Assembly (NCBI GenBank): GCA_013265495.1
Contig: MU057701.1
Span: 930,001-994,000 of the forward strand
DNA: 64,000 bases
Source: Vicugna vicugna
Taxonomy: Eukaryota
Reading direction: 5' to 3'
The notes under the pieces: model-generated
Told to the model about the DNA's origin: nothing
Seen by the model: the letters and a program-made list of their open reading frames with translations, nothing else
Databases searched by the model: none
Part shown: in pieces, positions 41,559 through 55,594 of the stretch
Position numbering within the stretch: the first letter of the stretch is position 1
Layout: each line of letters opens with the position of its first letter
Position numbers and translations under genes: made by a program

Positions 41559-43039
41559 CTGAAACCTGCATGTGAGTGTGGTTTCCCCAATGATCTCTCC
41601 CTGTGGAAATTTAAGACCAGCCAGTACTGTGTGACCATCATTGATGCCCCAGGACACAGTGACTTTATCAAATCACGATCACTGACACATCTCAGGCTGA
41701 CTGTGCTGTTCTGATTGTTGCTGTTGATGTTGGTGAATTTGAAGCAGGTATCTCCAAATGTGTGGCTTACACACTGGGTGTGAAACAACTAATTGCTGGT
41801 CTTAACAAAATGGATTCCCCTGGGCCACCCTGCAGCCAGACAAGACACAAGGAAATTCCTAAGGAAGTCAGAACCCACATTAAGAAAATAGGCTACCAAC
41901 GCAACACAGTGGCATTTGTGCCTGTTTCTGGTTGGAATGGTGCTGGAGCTGAGTGCTAATACACCTTGATTTGAGGGACAGACAGTCAGCCATAGAGATG
42001 GCAATGCCAGTAGAACCACACTGCCTGAAGCTCGGGATGGCATCCTGCCATCAACGTGTCCAGGTGACAGGCCCTGCGTCTGCTCCTCCAGGACATCACA
42101 CAATTGGTGGTGTTGGTACTGTCCCCATGGGCCAAGTGGAGACTGGTGTTTTCAAACCCAGCACACTAATCACCTTTGCTCCATTCAGTGGTACAACTGA
42201 AGGAAATTCTCCTGAAATGCACCATGAAGATTTGAGCCAGGCTCTTCTTGAGAACAATGTGGGTGTCAGCGTCAAGAACGTGTCTGTCAAAGATGTTTGT
42301 GGTGGCACTGTGGCTCATGACAGCAAAAATGACCCACCAGTGGAAGCAGCTGGCCCCCTGACTCAGGTGGTTACCTAAACCATCCAGGCCCATCAGTGCT
42401 GGCCACACACCTCTGCTGGATTGTCACACAGACCACACTGCTTGCAAGTTTGCTGAGCCAAAGGAGATGATTGATCATCATTCTTAGAAAAAGATGGCCC
42501 CAAATTCTTGACATCTGGTGATGCTGCCACCACTGATAAGGGTCCTGGCAAATTCATTGAGAGCATCTCTGAAGATCCTCGTCTGAGCCATTTTGCTTTT
42601 TGTGACACGTGACTGTTGCTGTGGGTGTCACCAAAGCAGTGGCTGCTGGAGCTGTCAAGGTCACCAAGTCTGCCCAGAAAGCTCAGAAGACTAAATGGAT
42701 ATTATCCCCAATACCTGCCACCCTGATCTTAATCAGCGGTGAAAGAACCATCTCAGAAGTGTCTCAGTTTGCCGTTTAAGTTTAATAGAATGAGACTGGT
42801 CGATGATAACAACGCATCCTAAAACCTTCAGACAGAAAGGAGAATGTTTTGTGGACTATTTGTTGTGTGTGTGTGTGGCAGCTTTATGTTATTCGTTCTT
42901 AAAACCAGCACTTTTTTTTTTTATTTTTTACTTTTATTAGGTAGAAAACCCAGCTCTTTTTAATGGGAACAACTGAACCAAAAAACATCTGTCAGAGAAT
43001 TTAAGACCCACTAAAACGAAGTTGAATGAAGAAAAAAAA
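41559..43039 (+). pseudogene. EEF1A1: Processed, 5'-truncated EEF1A1 pseudogene including 3' UTR and poly(A) remnant
   Basis: Intronless fragments [65 protein letters not shown] and VTKSAQKAQK in shifting frames; internal deletions; stop mutated to TGG (42696-42698); A-run at 43032-43039. Confidence 0.93.
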
Positions 43040-45751
43040 CACCTATTCTACAGCACCTAAACTCAACAGTGATGCTAGAACAATGAATATGGAATACTAC
43101 AAATACAATGTACAAAATCTGTGCTCAGGAAATGTGCCGGTGTTTTGCATGGTCAGCTGGCATTCATGCCTCTTTTTCCTTTTAAGGAATTACCTCTTCC
43201 CCTTTACAGGAAGAATTGGCAGGAGGGTAACTCCTCTGTGGCCTCACAAATCAACAGGAGAAAAACCTATAACCCAAGTGGGTCAGTTACAAACTTTTTC
43301 CCAGAACCTTGACTCTGGAGCAAGTGGCCCCAGGATGAAGAGAACTGTCAGAGGCACTCACCGCAGCTGTAGCTGTGTGACAGCGGGGCAAGAATGGCAG
43401 CATCCTGACAGGCTTTTCTGGTCCTGAGAGTCACTGGACTTCCAGTTTCTTGCTTTTGTGAGGCCATTGGTGTGTCCTTGATTTTGCTGGTTCCCAAGAC
43501 TGGTCCTCCACTTTTGCTCCCCTACTTGTAAGCACCTCCCTTCCCCATGTCTTTCCAATGAATTATCATTTGTTTTGCTTGGGTTGGCTGATTTGTTTCC
43601 ATTGTTAGAAACAGGAGGGAACTAGCAAAAGGAGATTGAGAAGTTGACTGGAGAACTGAGAAAAGGAGATTTTTCTGATAAAGAATATGTTTCAAGAAGG
43701 AAAGACTCGTCAAGAATTTGAAACTTCATGGTGAAGTCAAGCAAGATAAGGACTGAAAGTTATGTCTTAAGTTTGCCAATTAAGAGGTCACTGTCCAGGA
43801 GGAGTGTGACCGGCAACAGGGCAGTGGGGAGAACCTGGCAGGTGATGGAAAGGAGACACCTGGTACATGGAAGCCGCCTTTTGACACAGTCTGGCTGCGT
43901 GGAGAGAGTGTAGTCAGGACTCATCTGAGGTGCCCAGGACCAAGGCTGAGCTTTTAAGGGAGGCAGAAGCTATAGAATGTTCTGGACTCAGAGGAAAGAG
44001 CCAGTAGATGGAAGGAGAAGACATAGACAAGGGGGAAAATTACATCTTTTGAGTGTTTACTAAGTGTTGGACAAGTTTCCTGAGGAGACAGGGGTTGGGT
44101 TCAGAGCAAAATCAGAAAGAGGGACTGGCCTGGGACTGGAGGAAGGACATCTCTTCATGTGACACAGAAAAGGGAAGAAACAGGGGAAATGATGGAGGTG
44201 AAGGGCAGGGAAAATGTAGAACTTACACTGAATGACCTGAATCTGAGGGGTTCACTCAATAAACGTTTGCTGACTTCAGCCAAATGAACTATGGTGAAGG
44301 AGCCATAAAACACCAGCCAGAGGGAAGGAGCTGGGCTGAGAAGAATGTCTAAGGAGTGAAATGAGGTGGGAGAGTCAGGTGAGCAGGCCAGTGGGAAGCC
44401 CAAAGGGCAGAGAACCTGTAAGGAGTTCATCTTGCCCAGTTCTCGGGGCTGAGCATTGTGTTATGAGAGCAATCTTGCCTTTGGGAACCAGAGAGACATT
44501 GTCACTGTCCTCTGTCCCCAGATGCTGCCTGCAGGTTGGAAACAGGAGACAATGCAGTCCGGATTTTTTGAGCACCTACTGTATGCAAGGACCTAATGGG
44601 GCCATCTACTCTGAGATAGCAGGAACAGGAACTGGAAATTATCTCCTGGGCTTAGTTATTTGTTAATGTGTTCTAGTTTTTAAATTCAGCACCATATTCC
44701 TCATCTTAATGAGGGGGGGTAAAGGTATCAGCTAAATTTCCCCATTGCTTGTTTAGTTTAGTTTTTGTTTGTTTGTTTGTTTTTTAGCAAACTTTTAATT
44801 TTGGAATAATTTCAGATTTCATGGAAGTTGCAAAGATAGAACACAGGCCTCCCATCTACCTTTCACTTAAGTTCCCCTAATGTTAACATCTTACTTTACT
44901 ATGTACACTTGTCATAACTGAGAAATCAACATTGGTATAATACTGGTAGCTAAACTCCAGAATGTATTCAATTTCACTGGGCTTTTTCCCACTCATAATA
45001 TCCTTTATCTGTTTCAGGCTCAAATCCAGGATACCACATTGCATTTAGTATTAAGTTGTTTTTCAAGAGTAGGACTTAACTCAGTGATATTCCTCTTTTA
45101 CAAGTTTTACAAGAAGAGCTTAAACTTTTCAAGCTAGTCAACTAAGCCAGTCTGAAAAGCTTAAACTCTGATTGTATTTCTTTTAGTACACTTATTTGCA
45201 AATCAAATACATACACACACACAAAAACCTTACGTTGCAACTGCAATTGGAACGCAATACTTGGTTCACAATGCTTTAGGGATAGAAACCATAAATTATA
45301 TTTATTATTTTTGTATGTTTTAACACAGTTATAAAGACAGTTGCTTATAACTTCTCCTTAGTACTGGAAACACATCTATCTAGAGCCAGTTGGATCTGCT
45401 CACACACACCTTGAGATAAGGATGGAAAGGAGCTTTTGCGTGTGTGGCTGCCCACGGTGAAACTCAAGTTTGAAGAGGGAGACAGAAAAACAGGTGATGC
45501 CATCTGTACAGTTCGTGCTTCCTAAGGCTTTTTCCTTTCAAAGGTCAGATAAGCTAAGCAAGAGTAAATGCTCCTGTTTGGGATCAGATCTTAGCTTTCA
45601 CTAGCACAGTTTCAATTGCAGTGTTGTGAAAATACAGAGATATATTTCCTAATTTGTAAACACAACAAACCTAGAGATCGCTGTAGAGAAATTGAAATGA
45701 CATTTCAAAATCTACTTTTGTTAGTGACCATCGTCGCCTCTCCTCTCCACC

Positions 45752-45755
45752 AAAA
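45752..45755 (-). terminator. Pol III T4 terminator of the tRNA gene
   Basis: TTTT on the minus strand 12 nt after the tRNA 3' end. Confidence 0.7.
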
Positions 45756-45767
45756 GTAGACCTCGTG

Positions 45768-45840
45768 CGACCCAGATGGGACTCGAACCCACAATCCCCA
45801 GCTCCGGAGGCTGATGCCTTATCCATTAGGCCACTGGGTC
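45768..45840 (-). tRNA. tRNA-Arg (anticodon CCG), 73 nt, intronless
   Basis: GACCCAG/CTGGGTC acceptor stem; A box TGGCCTAATGG; anticodon loop CT-CCG-GA; B box GGTTCGAGTCC; looks identical to the recalled human chr17 Arg-CCG gene. Confidence 0.97.
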
Positions 45841-46809
45841 ACCACAGGCTGCGCGTTCTCACATCGTCCTCTTACGTGATGCCATCATCGCGCCCCGCCC
45901 CCGCGCTCCGCGGCCTCACGTCGGGCGGTGTGCGATTTGGGAGCCGTCCCCAGCGGCGGCAGCACGCGCCTGCGCCCTCGGCCCGGCCCTCAGCCACAGT
46001 CTCTGCGCGCACGCGCAGTTTTCACCGCCCAACAAGGGTGGCTCTGGGCAACTCTGGGGTGGCTTCTGCTCTTGGATTCTTCTCCGAAGGTTCTCAGCCC
46101 TGGCTGCACATTAGGCGCACTTGGGGAACTTTAAACAAAATTCCAATGCCAGACCTCCCTCCGTTCTAATTCTGTTTACCGAGGCCTGGGCTTCTGCGTT
46201 TTACGGCGTTCGTACAACCTTCATCGGCCGTCTGGTCCTCTCACATCCCCCCAACCCTCCAGTCCTTCACTGCCTTCTTCCTTTTCTTTCCTGCATTTAT
46301 TCAGCGTACGTTAATTGGGGACTGTTGTTCTGGGGACTGTTGGGGGATTCCTGGGTGAACAGGCTTTTCTTCAAATCTGCCCTTCCCCACTCACTTAACC
46401 CGTTTTTCTTTCCATCTCTTCTTTCCTTCCAGATTCAAGGGAAAGCCAATATAACCAGGTCCCTAAATACAAAATGATACGGATTTTGTTTTGTTTTTAT
46501 CCTAAAGCTAGGTCTTGGATAAAGATTTAGAGATTTTCTGGTACCATGCATGTCTCTTTGCTTGTTGCTTGTAAAGATGCTGCGTTCGTGATTTTTAAAA
46601 ATAACACAATTTCGTTTTCTTCTTAGACACATAATACCTGTTCATTGTAAAATTATATAAAATGTGGATAAGCCAAAAGAAGAAAATTGAAGTTAACTAT
46701 AATTCTACCATTCACGTTAACCATTATTAACATTATGGTGTGTATCTTTTAAATCTTAAGTGCCTGTGTGTCATAATGTCACTGTTTTATTACCTGTGGA
46801 TCCAGGAAA

Positions 46810-47255
46810 TGCTTTTCATGAAAACTAGCACATTGTTAATAATAATCGCTTATCATAGAGAACCGATGGTACAGAAGTGATGGTGGATAAAACTGACATT
46901 GTGGTGAATCAAGGCAGTGACACCAAACTAGAAATAATCTTTATACTTCACCTTTGTGTAATAGTAGGGGGGAGATTTTGGCCAGCTTCACTTAAGAACA
47001 TCTAGATGATGATGGTATAAGAATTATTAATTTAAATCTGAACCCTTGAGTACACATCTTTTCAATATTTTGTGTGACAAAATGGGAATTATGTATAAAT
47101 CATTTCTACCACGTACCAAAATACAACGGTTGTCTCTTGAGGAAACATTTGTGCAATGTTTGAGTTGCAGGCTAAACTAGCTGCTTTTTAAGTGGAACAC
47201 AGTTTTGATTTGAAAGAATGACTGACAGACAAACTATGATTATTCAGACTTGAGC
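46810..47255 (+). mobile_element. Charlie-type hAT transposase fragment (degenerate)
   Basis: Decayed coding for PLSTHLFNILCDKMG...RLS...FELQAKLAAF...LTDKL, typical of Charlie/Buster transposases. Confidence 0.6.
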
Positions 47256-47524
47256 ACACCCAGGTTTGCTTCTCCCAAGCAGCTGCATTCTCAGGCTCAC
47301 AAAATCACAGCACACCATCCACTGGAAGAGAGGGGATATCTCACCCTCAAAGGTCTCCTTAAACATTTTACTGCATTGTGTTACATCTTCATCACCAAAC
47401 CTATCTCTATGTCTGGGGATGGAATGTTCAAAGGCCAGACAAGGCCCTCTCCTGAATCATCATTCAAACTACAATAGCAAAGAATTCTGTTTCAGGTTGT
47501 TTTTAGGTGCAAGCACAGAAAAGA

Positions 47525-47740
47525 GGTGGAGAGCATGGATCCTGGAACCAGATGGCCTGAGTCTGAATCGCATGTCTGCCATTTACTCCTGTGTGAACCT
47601 GGGTAAGTCACTTAACCACCCGGCCTTCTCTTCTGTGAAATGGAACAGGTAATAATACTACCTCACAGCGTTGTGAAGATTAAATGTATTCGTGTAGATA
47701 AACACTTAGAATACCTCTGGCATATTGTACTCAATATTTT
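47525..47740 (+). mobile_element. MIR SINE relic
   Basis: tgtgtgaacctgggtaagtcacttaacc..tctgtgaaatgg..aataatactacctcac..ttgtgaagattaaatg core. Confidence 0.7.
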
Positions 47741-48949
47741 CAAGCAAGGAAAACCCAAATTTAACTAGCTTAAACAATAAAAGAAGTGTATTCATATAAT
47801 TGCCGTCTTCTGAGGTAGAGCAGGCTGTTGATCAGAGCTTTCGTGGTTTCTCTACAATTGTCTTCACATTTCTAAGACTCACATCTCTCAGTTCAGAAGA
47901 GCAGAGGCTGCTTTCCCACCTCCAATCATCAAACAAAAGCTTCCTGACTGGATGGATTTAAGGCACATGCCTGTCCCTGAACCATGCACAGCAGCCAAGA
48001 GAATGCCTTGCTGTGACTGGTTTAGAGGTGGATTCCTTCCACATTTTTGCATTTAGGGGGGACAGGATTAAGCCCATTGGGTAGACGGGAGTAGAGTCAA
48101 CTTCCTATGAGTCCCAACTTCCTATGACTCCCAGCTGCTACAAAATGAGTGAGGCTGGCAAAAATACCTGCAGGAAGGGACGAAGTTCATTGTTTGAATT
48201 CATTTATAGAAAAAAGTAAACCAATACAGCTTTTCTTAAAAATACCCTTTTCAGAATACAGAAAAATTACATTAAATAAACCCCCCAAAACAACTCAAAT
48301 TGGACCATAATCCTGATATTCTGATAATCATCATTTATGCCTTTAAAAAAATACAAGAAAATGCCAACACTTTATTTGGAAATGTATAAGATATAGCATA
48401 GATCATTACTGGAACAATTGACAAAATTTGAACACGGGCTATATAATAAATAATCGCACCAAAGTTCAATTGTCTTGAATTTGATGATTGTGGTGTGGTT
48501 ATATAACAGAATGTCCATATTCTTACAAGATACATGCTGAAATATTTAGGGGTAAAGGGACATCATTTCTCAAACTTACTCTCAAATGGTTCAAAAAGTA
48601 GTATGTAAAAGCAATGTATCTATACACACAAGTGGAGAGAAATAGTAAACGTGGCAAAATGTTAACATTTGGAAAATATGGGTAAAGGTTTGCAGTTCTG
48701 TATTTGAAATTATTTAAAAATAAGACTGGAGAAATAGGCATAATACGCCTTTTGTTACCATATATGTGCCTTCTATGTAGTCGTCTATGATGAAAGTTAA
48801 AAAAAAAAAAAAAACTAAAAAATGCAACACAATTACCCTCCCTTCCTTAATGGCCAGAATTCCGTGTCAAGCTTCTTCTGAGTCCTTTCAGGGATAAAAA
48901 TGCATAGCAATACGTTTCTATATCAAAGTCTCTAAAGACAATCAACTGT

Positions 48950-49810
48950 GGGGAATCAGCTGTGGTATCTGGTTAAAGCAGACGCCCAGGGAAACAAGCA
49001 GCCACCGTTCAAACGGAAACCCTGTGCAGAAAGGCCGAGGCTGCTGCCAAGGCGGGCTAGGAACGGACCCTTCGCGTTGCATGCCGGGACTTGGAGTCTT
49101 TCCATTCCGAACTGCAAGGCGCTCTGGGATCGCCCGGCCGCTCCCTCATCTCGCGATGATATCCTCTCTTCTCCTGGGCCCTCTGACCCCCCCAACGTGT
49201 TTTTCAAATCCACCAATGGACGCACAGCGTAGGCTCGAACCAGCCAATCGGAGTGCGGAGCCACCGGGAAATTTAAATCGCGCCGGCCGGCTGCACGAGC
49301 CACACCGTCTTCTGGCTGACCGTGGTGGACGTTTCGAGGGCAGCTCACCCGCAGCTTGTGCGCACCGCACTGCCTCCTGTGGAAGCCTGAGCCGGCTGTG
49401 GAGGTACGAACTCAGGCCGCAGCCCAGCCCGACAGCGGTAACGGCTGGCCCGCAGGCCGCGCTCGGCTTGGTGGGGGGGCGCGGGAGGGGAGGCCCGGGG
49501 TACACTCCCGGCCGGCCTGGCTTTGGCTTCTCTCGTTGACAAGGCCTCGGGGGCGCCGTCCGTTGACGAGAAAGCTGTTTCGCGGTGGGAGGACTTGGGC
49601 TTTAGGGCCCGAGGCTCTGCAAACCTCAGCGATTGCTCTTGAGCGTCGCGGCCTGGAGATTCCGAGTGAGGCCTGAGAGCTAAAGCCCCGCGAGAGGGCC
49701 CGGCGCCTCTGGCCCCTCCTCCGCACGTTCCCGCTGCTGCGTCCCCGAAATGGGGGGAAGGGACTGGAGACGGAGGTGGCAGTTGGAAGTGCTCTCTCTT
49801 AACTCGTAGG
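48950..49810 (+). promoter_or_regulatory. KPNA2: KPNA2 CpG-island promoter with tandem CCAAT boxes and CHR/E2F-like elements
   Basis: CCAAT at 49213 and 49244; TTCAAA (reverse CHR) at 49203; TTTAAA at 49272; TTTCGCGG at 49578. Confidence 0.85.
49299..49403 (+). other. KPNA2: KPNA2 non-coding exon 1 (start approximate)
   Basis: GAG|gtacga donor; resembles the recalled human KPNA2 5' UTR. Confidence 0.7.
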
Positions 49811-50239
49811 CCCTGGGTTGGCTGTCAGTTTCTTTAAAGAACATAATGGAATTAAAGACAGTCGTTTGTAAGGAGGACTTTTACTTTTGTCTTTTGGAGA
49901 TGGCCCTTAAGTACCTGAGTCTTGAGTGAAGCACGGCTGATGTCAGCCTATTTAAAGTGCATTCCCTGGAAACGAAAATATGTGCGAGATGCCGAAGACG
50001 CAAAACTGCGTCCTGAGTTTTCGGTGTTCACAGGAGATTTTATGAAAGACTCCCTAATGTAATGTTGAATCAGATTTAAAATTTTTTTCCAACGTGGAGT
50101 TTATACCTGTTTTGGCCAAAGACAATAGAGCCTCCAGAGGACCTGAATTTATTGCCCCAGGACGTAGATTTTAACTGTAATCTCAGTTCCCGTACTCTGT
50201 CTTCAGTGAACTATTTATGGATTCAGTATAGGGCCTAGA

Positions 50240-50522
50240 GACGCTGTCCGATGTGGTAGTCACGCATGTGGCTAGTTTGAATTGCGTTAGGCTGTAAGCT
50301 TAAATTATACGCAAGATTTCGCAGGATTAGTATAAAAAAAAAGTAAAAGATTTCAGTATTTTTGATACTAATACGTGCTGAAGTGAGACTATATAGGATG
50401 TGTTGGGCTAATAAAATACATTATTGAAGTTGATTTTGTTTCTTTCTGCTTTTTTAAAAATGTGGCTACTAGGAAATTTAAATTTAGGCAGTTTGTGTTA
50501 CATTTCTGATGGACAGCACTGC
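50240..50522. mobile_element. MER33/MER3-like hAT relic in KPNA2 intron 1
   Basis: Terminal inverted repeats gctgtcc...ggacagc; internal atgtggctactaggaaattt. Confidence 0.65.
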
Positions 50523-50686
50523 TACAAGGAGGCTCAACCCTTCAGAGGGGCGAGGCCAGAAATCACTTGGCCAAAACTATTTCATAATGCTGAAAACCGA
50601 AGTTCCTCCTCTGATACAGAAATGTGGATTCAGTATGTGTGTGGTATTTCTATTACTGCTCATCTTGTTGCCAGTCAAAATGATAA

Positions 50687-50875
<189 letters not shown>

Positions 50876-50940
50876 TAAAACTTTGAGGGAATTCAAAAAA
50901 ATACTCTCAGGTTGGCAACAAAAACTGATATAATAGGTGA

Positions 50941-51114
<174 letters not shown>

Positions 51115-52186
51115 TAGTTGATGAATTACAGTGAACCAAGAAAATCAATTTGGGGCTTTTCTTAGAAATTTAAATAACATTCCTAGCTTTATGGTTTTAA
51201 CTATTAGATATGAAGATCTTTTTTTTTTCCTGGTCAATAATTCTGGTGGGTTGTCTTCTTTCCTGCCCACCCTTTGTAATCTACTGAAGCTGATTCCAAG
51301 GTTGTCTTTAGTTCTGATCTCCCTTTAAGTTTCCCTGTATTTCCAAACTGTCAGTACCTTGACCTGGCCATTCCAGTGTTTTCCAGTGTTAAGTGAAAGT
51401 TAATATGTACAGAACCAACTTCTATCTTTTGTGTGTGTTTGTGGTATTCTTTTTTTTTTTTAATACTTGTCACCAGCTTTATTTAGGTCTTTTTATCCTG
51501 AAATATTTTTAGTAGTCTCCTAATTTTATCTTTCCCTTCATTATGATATATATTAATATGCCTAAAACTTTTCCTAAAATACTGCTTTAAGCATCTTAGA
51601 AACTTTGATGGTTTTAAATTCATATTCTTTGAAGTTTTTTTTTGTAAATTAGACTAATCTTAGATTTTCAAATTTATTGCTTTCATCTATCAGAGATATT
51701 GGGCACTTTCCTACTTTTTCCCCCACATTATGCTTTCCTTCAGTACTTTGCATTTTATTCTTTTTTTTTTTTTCATTGAATACCACTTTTTTTTTTTTCA
51801 TGGAATACCACCTATGTGCTATTTCTAGAGTTTTATACTCAAATCCCATCCTCTCCTGTAGCACTCCTTGGTCAGCCTAGCAGGAAAAATGCTCCCTTCT
51901 CAAAATTCCTACAGTGCCCCATTCTGCACCAAAAATGGAGAGTAAATGCTGTATAACAAAATACATCCCCACCCTCTCCCATTGCCACACGCTGTTTATT
52001 GTTGTTTCCTTGTCAAGTTGTAAGCTCCTAGGGAGAGACACTGTCTTGTTGAAGTAACTATAGCATGGTTCTCAAGCCTACTCTGATCACAACCTGTAAT
52101 ATTTATATCTGCAGCACTATTGTGAAAATGCATAGATAACAAACTCAGATATGAAAATTCCCAGCACATTTTCTCTTAACTCCATC

Positions 52187-52352
52187 TTTTTTTCCTTTTT
52201 TTTTTTAATTTTTAAATTTGTTTTTTTTATTTTGGGGAGGAGGTAATTGGGTTTTTATTTATTTACTTACTTTTCATGGACATACTGGGGATTGAACCTA
52301 GGACCTTGTGTTTGCTAGGCATGTGCTCTACCACTGAGCTGTCCCCTCCTCC
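52187..52352 (-). mobile_element. tRNA-derived SINE (Vic-1-like) in KPNA2 intron 3
   Basis: Same core; flanking CTCCATC direct repeat. Confidence 0.83.
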
Positions 52353-52710
52353 CTCCATCCCTTTTTCTTTAAAAGCGTATCTGAATACAAGCGATTGAGA
52401 CCAATATAGGAATAACTTTCACACTGCTCTCATTTTTTAAAATTGTTCACAACCACTTTTTTTAGTGACAGAATGCTGGGATACTCCATTAGGTGAGACT
52501 CCATTGAATCATGACACCAAGTTTGAGAGCTGTTCTACATATTAAATAATGAATATTTAATTAACAGGCAAATTTAAATGTAGGGCTAAACTTTTAGTAA
52601 CTGATTATAAATTTAGAATCTATGTCTTCACATTGGCAAGTAGCAGTTTTATTGTTTGTACTTAATCTTAAAAATGATAATTTGCAAAATTAATTCCACT
52701 GTTTTTGTAG

Positions 52711-52800
<90 letters not shown>

Positions 52801-53573
52801 TAAGTCTTGTCTACTATAGCATGGATGAATGGGTGACCTAAAAAATCAATTTTTTTAGATGTTTTGTTGGGAAAGAGACCGGCAGGAGGTATGGGTAAAG
52901 TAAAGGTTCAGCCAAGCATAGGCCTATTTTCATTAGAATCTTCCCTTAGGAGTACCTAAATTTTCTATAATTGCCCCAGATTTCACATACCTCCCAGTGA
53001 TAATCACTGTTAACCTTTTGGTGTACTTTTTAAGAAAATTACAAAGTTTTTCTCAAAGTGACATTTCAAGTCAGTGTCAGGGAAAGAACTTATTTAGTAA
53101 GTGGAATTGGCACATTCATTTAGAACAGTCTCTCCATTTAGGAAATAAGCATATTTAGACTTCTGTCTCCCACTGTACACATATATTTGTGACATCCATT
53201 ATAGAAAGGATTAATACTTTCTGTAGCTTGACAGTGTGTGGAAAAGCAAATCCAAATGACAAGTCATCATGGAAAACATGTTTAGCCTCACTAGTAGTCA
53301 GAAAAATGCAAATTAAATTAACAATGAGACTGTAATGCCATCAGGATGTCAGGGTCTTTAAAAGGTTACAAGATCTTAAATTGACTATTGCAGGGATGCA
53401 GAGAGAAGGGTTCTGCATTACAGCAATATTTCGGGTTTGGAAAAGTAGTTAAAAGACACCATGTGTGGTAGCAACCAGTCTCTTTGGGTCCTCTAAATTC
53501 CAGAATATCTTGGCATTTAGTGCTCTACTGTGAAAGACTGTCTAAAGTTGTAAACTCTTGAATTGCTTTTTAA

Positions 53574-53921
<348 letters not shown>

Positions 53922-54275
53922 TAAAATTCTTTTGACTGAATGTCTCTAATACTGAGGGTGAAAGAAGTGCCTTGTCATAAGTAACAGTGACTTTTTTTTA
54001 AAGGAAGAAATGGAAATTTTTATTCTAGTGAAATTTGAAGCTTATAACCGAGGAAGAGCATCTCAGAAAGCTCTGAGAACTGTTCCCAATAGTGACTTCT
54101 GTGTTAGGTTTTGAACTTGCTTGCTTCCAGTGCTTATAAGGGGTGGAAGTAGCATCTAATTTACGAAATTTCTGAGAGTGTTTTCTTTGCGTCAAGACAC
54201 TGGTGCTTCCAGTCACTGGAATTGATGGTGCTGGACAAGTAGTTGTGATTAACTTTGCCTTTTTTAATTTTTTAA

Positions 54276-54386
<111 letters not shown>

Positions 54387-54389
54387 TAA

Positions 54390-54737
<348 letters not shown>

Positions 54738-54885
54738 TAACTTTCAGATGAGAAAATAAAATATAAGGAACGTACTCAGTTGCTACTAATATTAACGTAT
54801 TGCCTGTTTTAGGCCATAGTGAGCCTCTTGTTAGAACTTGTAGAGTATAGAGGTTTAGAGCAGTGCTGGGAAAGATAACTGCTGA

Positions 54886-55155
<270 letters not shown>

Positions 55156-55384
55156 TAGGACTTAATAAAAGGGTTGTTAGTGTTTATGGATGGGCATTTG
55201 GTAGAACTGTACTAATGCTGGGTTCTACTTGCAGTCCTTTGCTAAATAATAGTAAGTAGCCTCTTTTACTTAAGGTTGGATGGAACCAGTTGATAGTTAT
55301 AGTCATTGTTTTTCTAAAAACAGTACTTTTAGAATCTTACTTTATGACCATTGTGAAATAAACATGTTTCCTTATGTTAACTAG

Positions 55385-55594
<210 letters not shown>

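Noticed and set aside
41953..42378. 141-aa ORF with EF-1alpha similarity as a possible functional gene
   Set aside because: Part of a frameshifted, deleted, 5'-truncated retrocopy
45765..46477. ORFs overlapping the tRNA gene and its CpG island
   Set aside because: Antisense translation of the tRNA and GC-rich flank; no coding signature
48098..48131. 17-bp tandem duplication CAACTTCCTATGA(G/C)TCC
   Set aside because: Two copies only; an ordinary slippage event with no supporting context
48948..49726. Cluster of 65-171-aa ORFs at the KPNA2 promoter
   Set aside because: CpG-island artefacts; they cross the promoter, exon 1 and intron 1 without coding features
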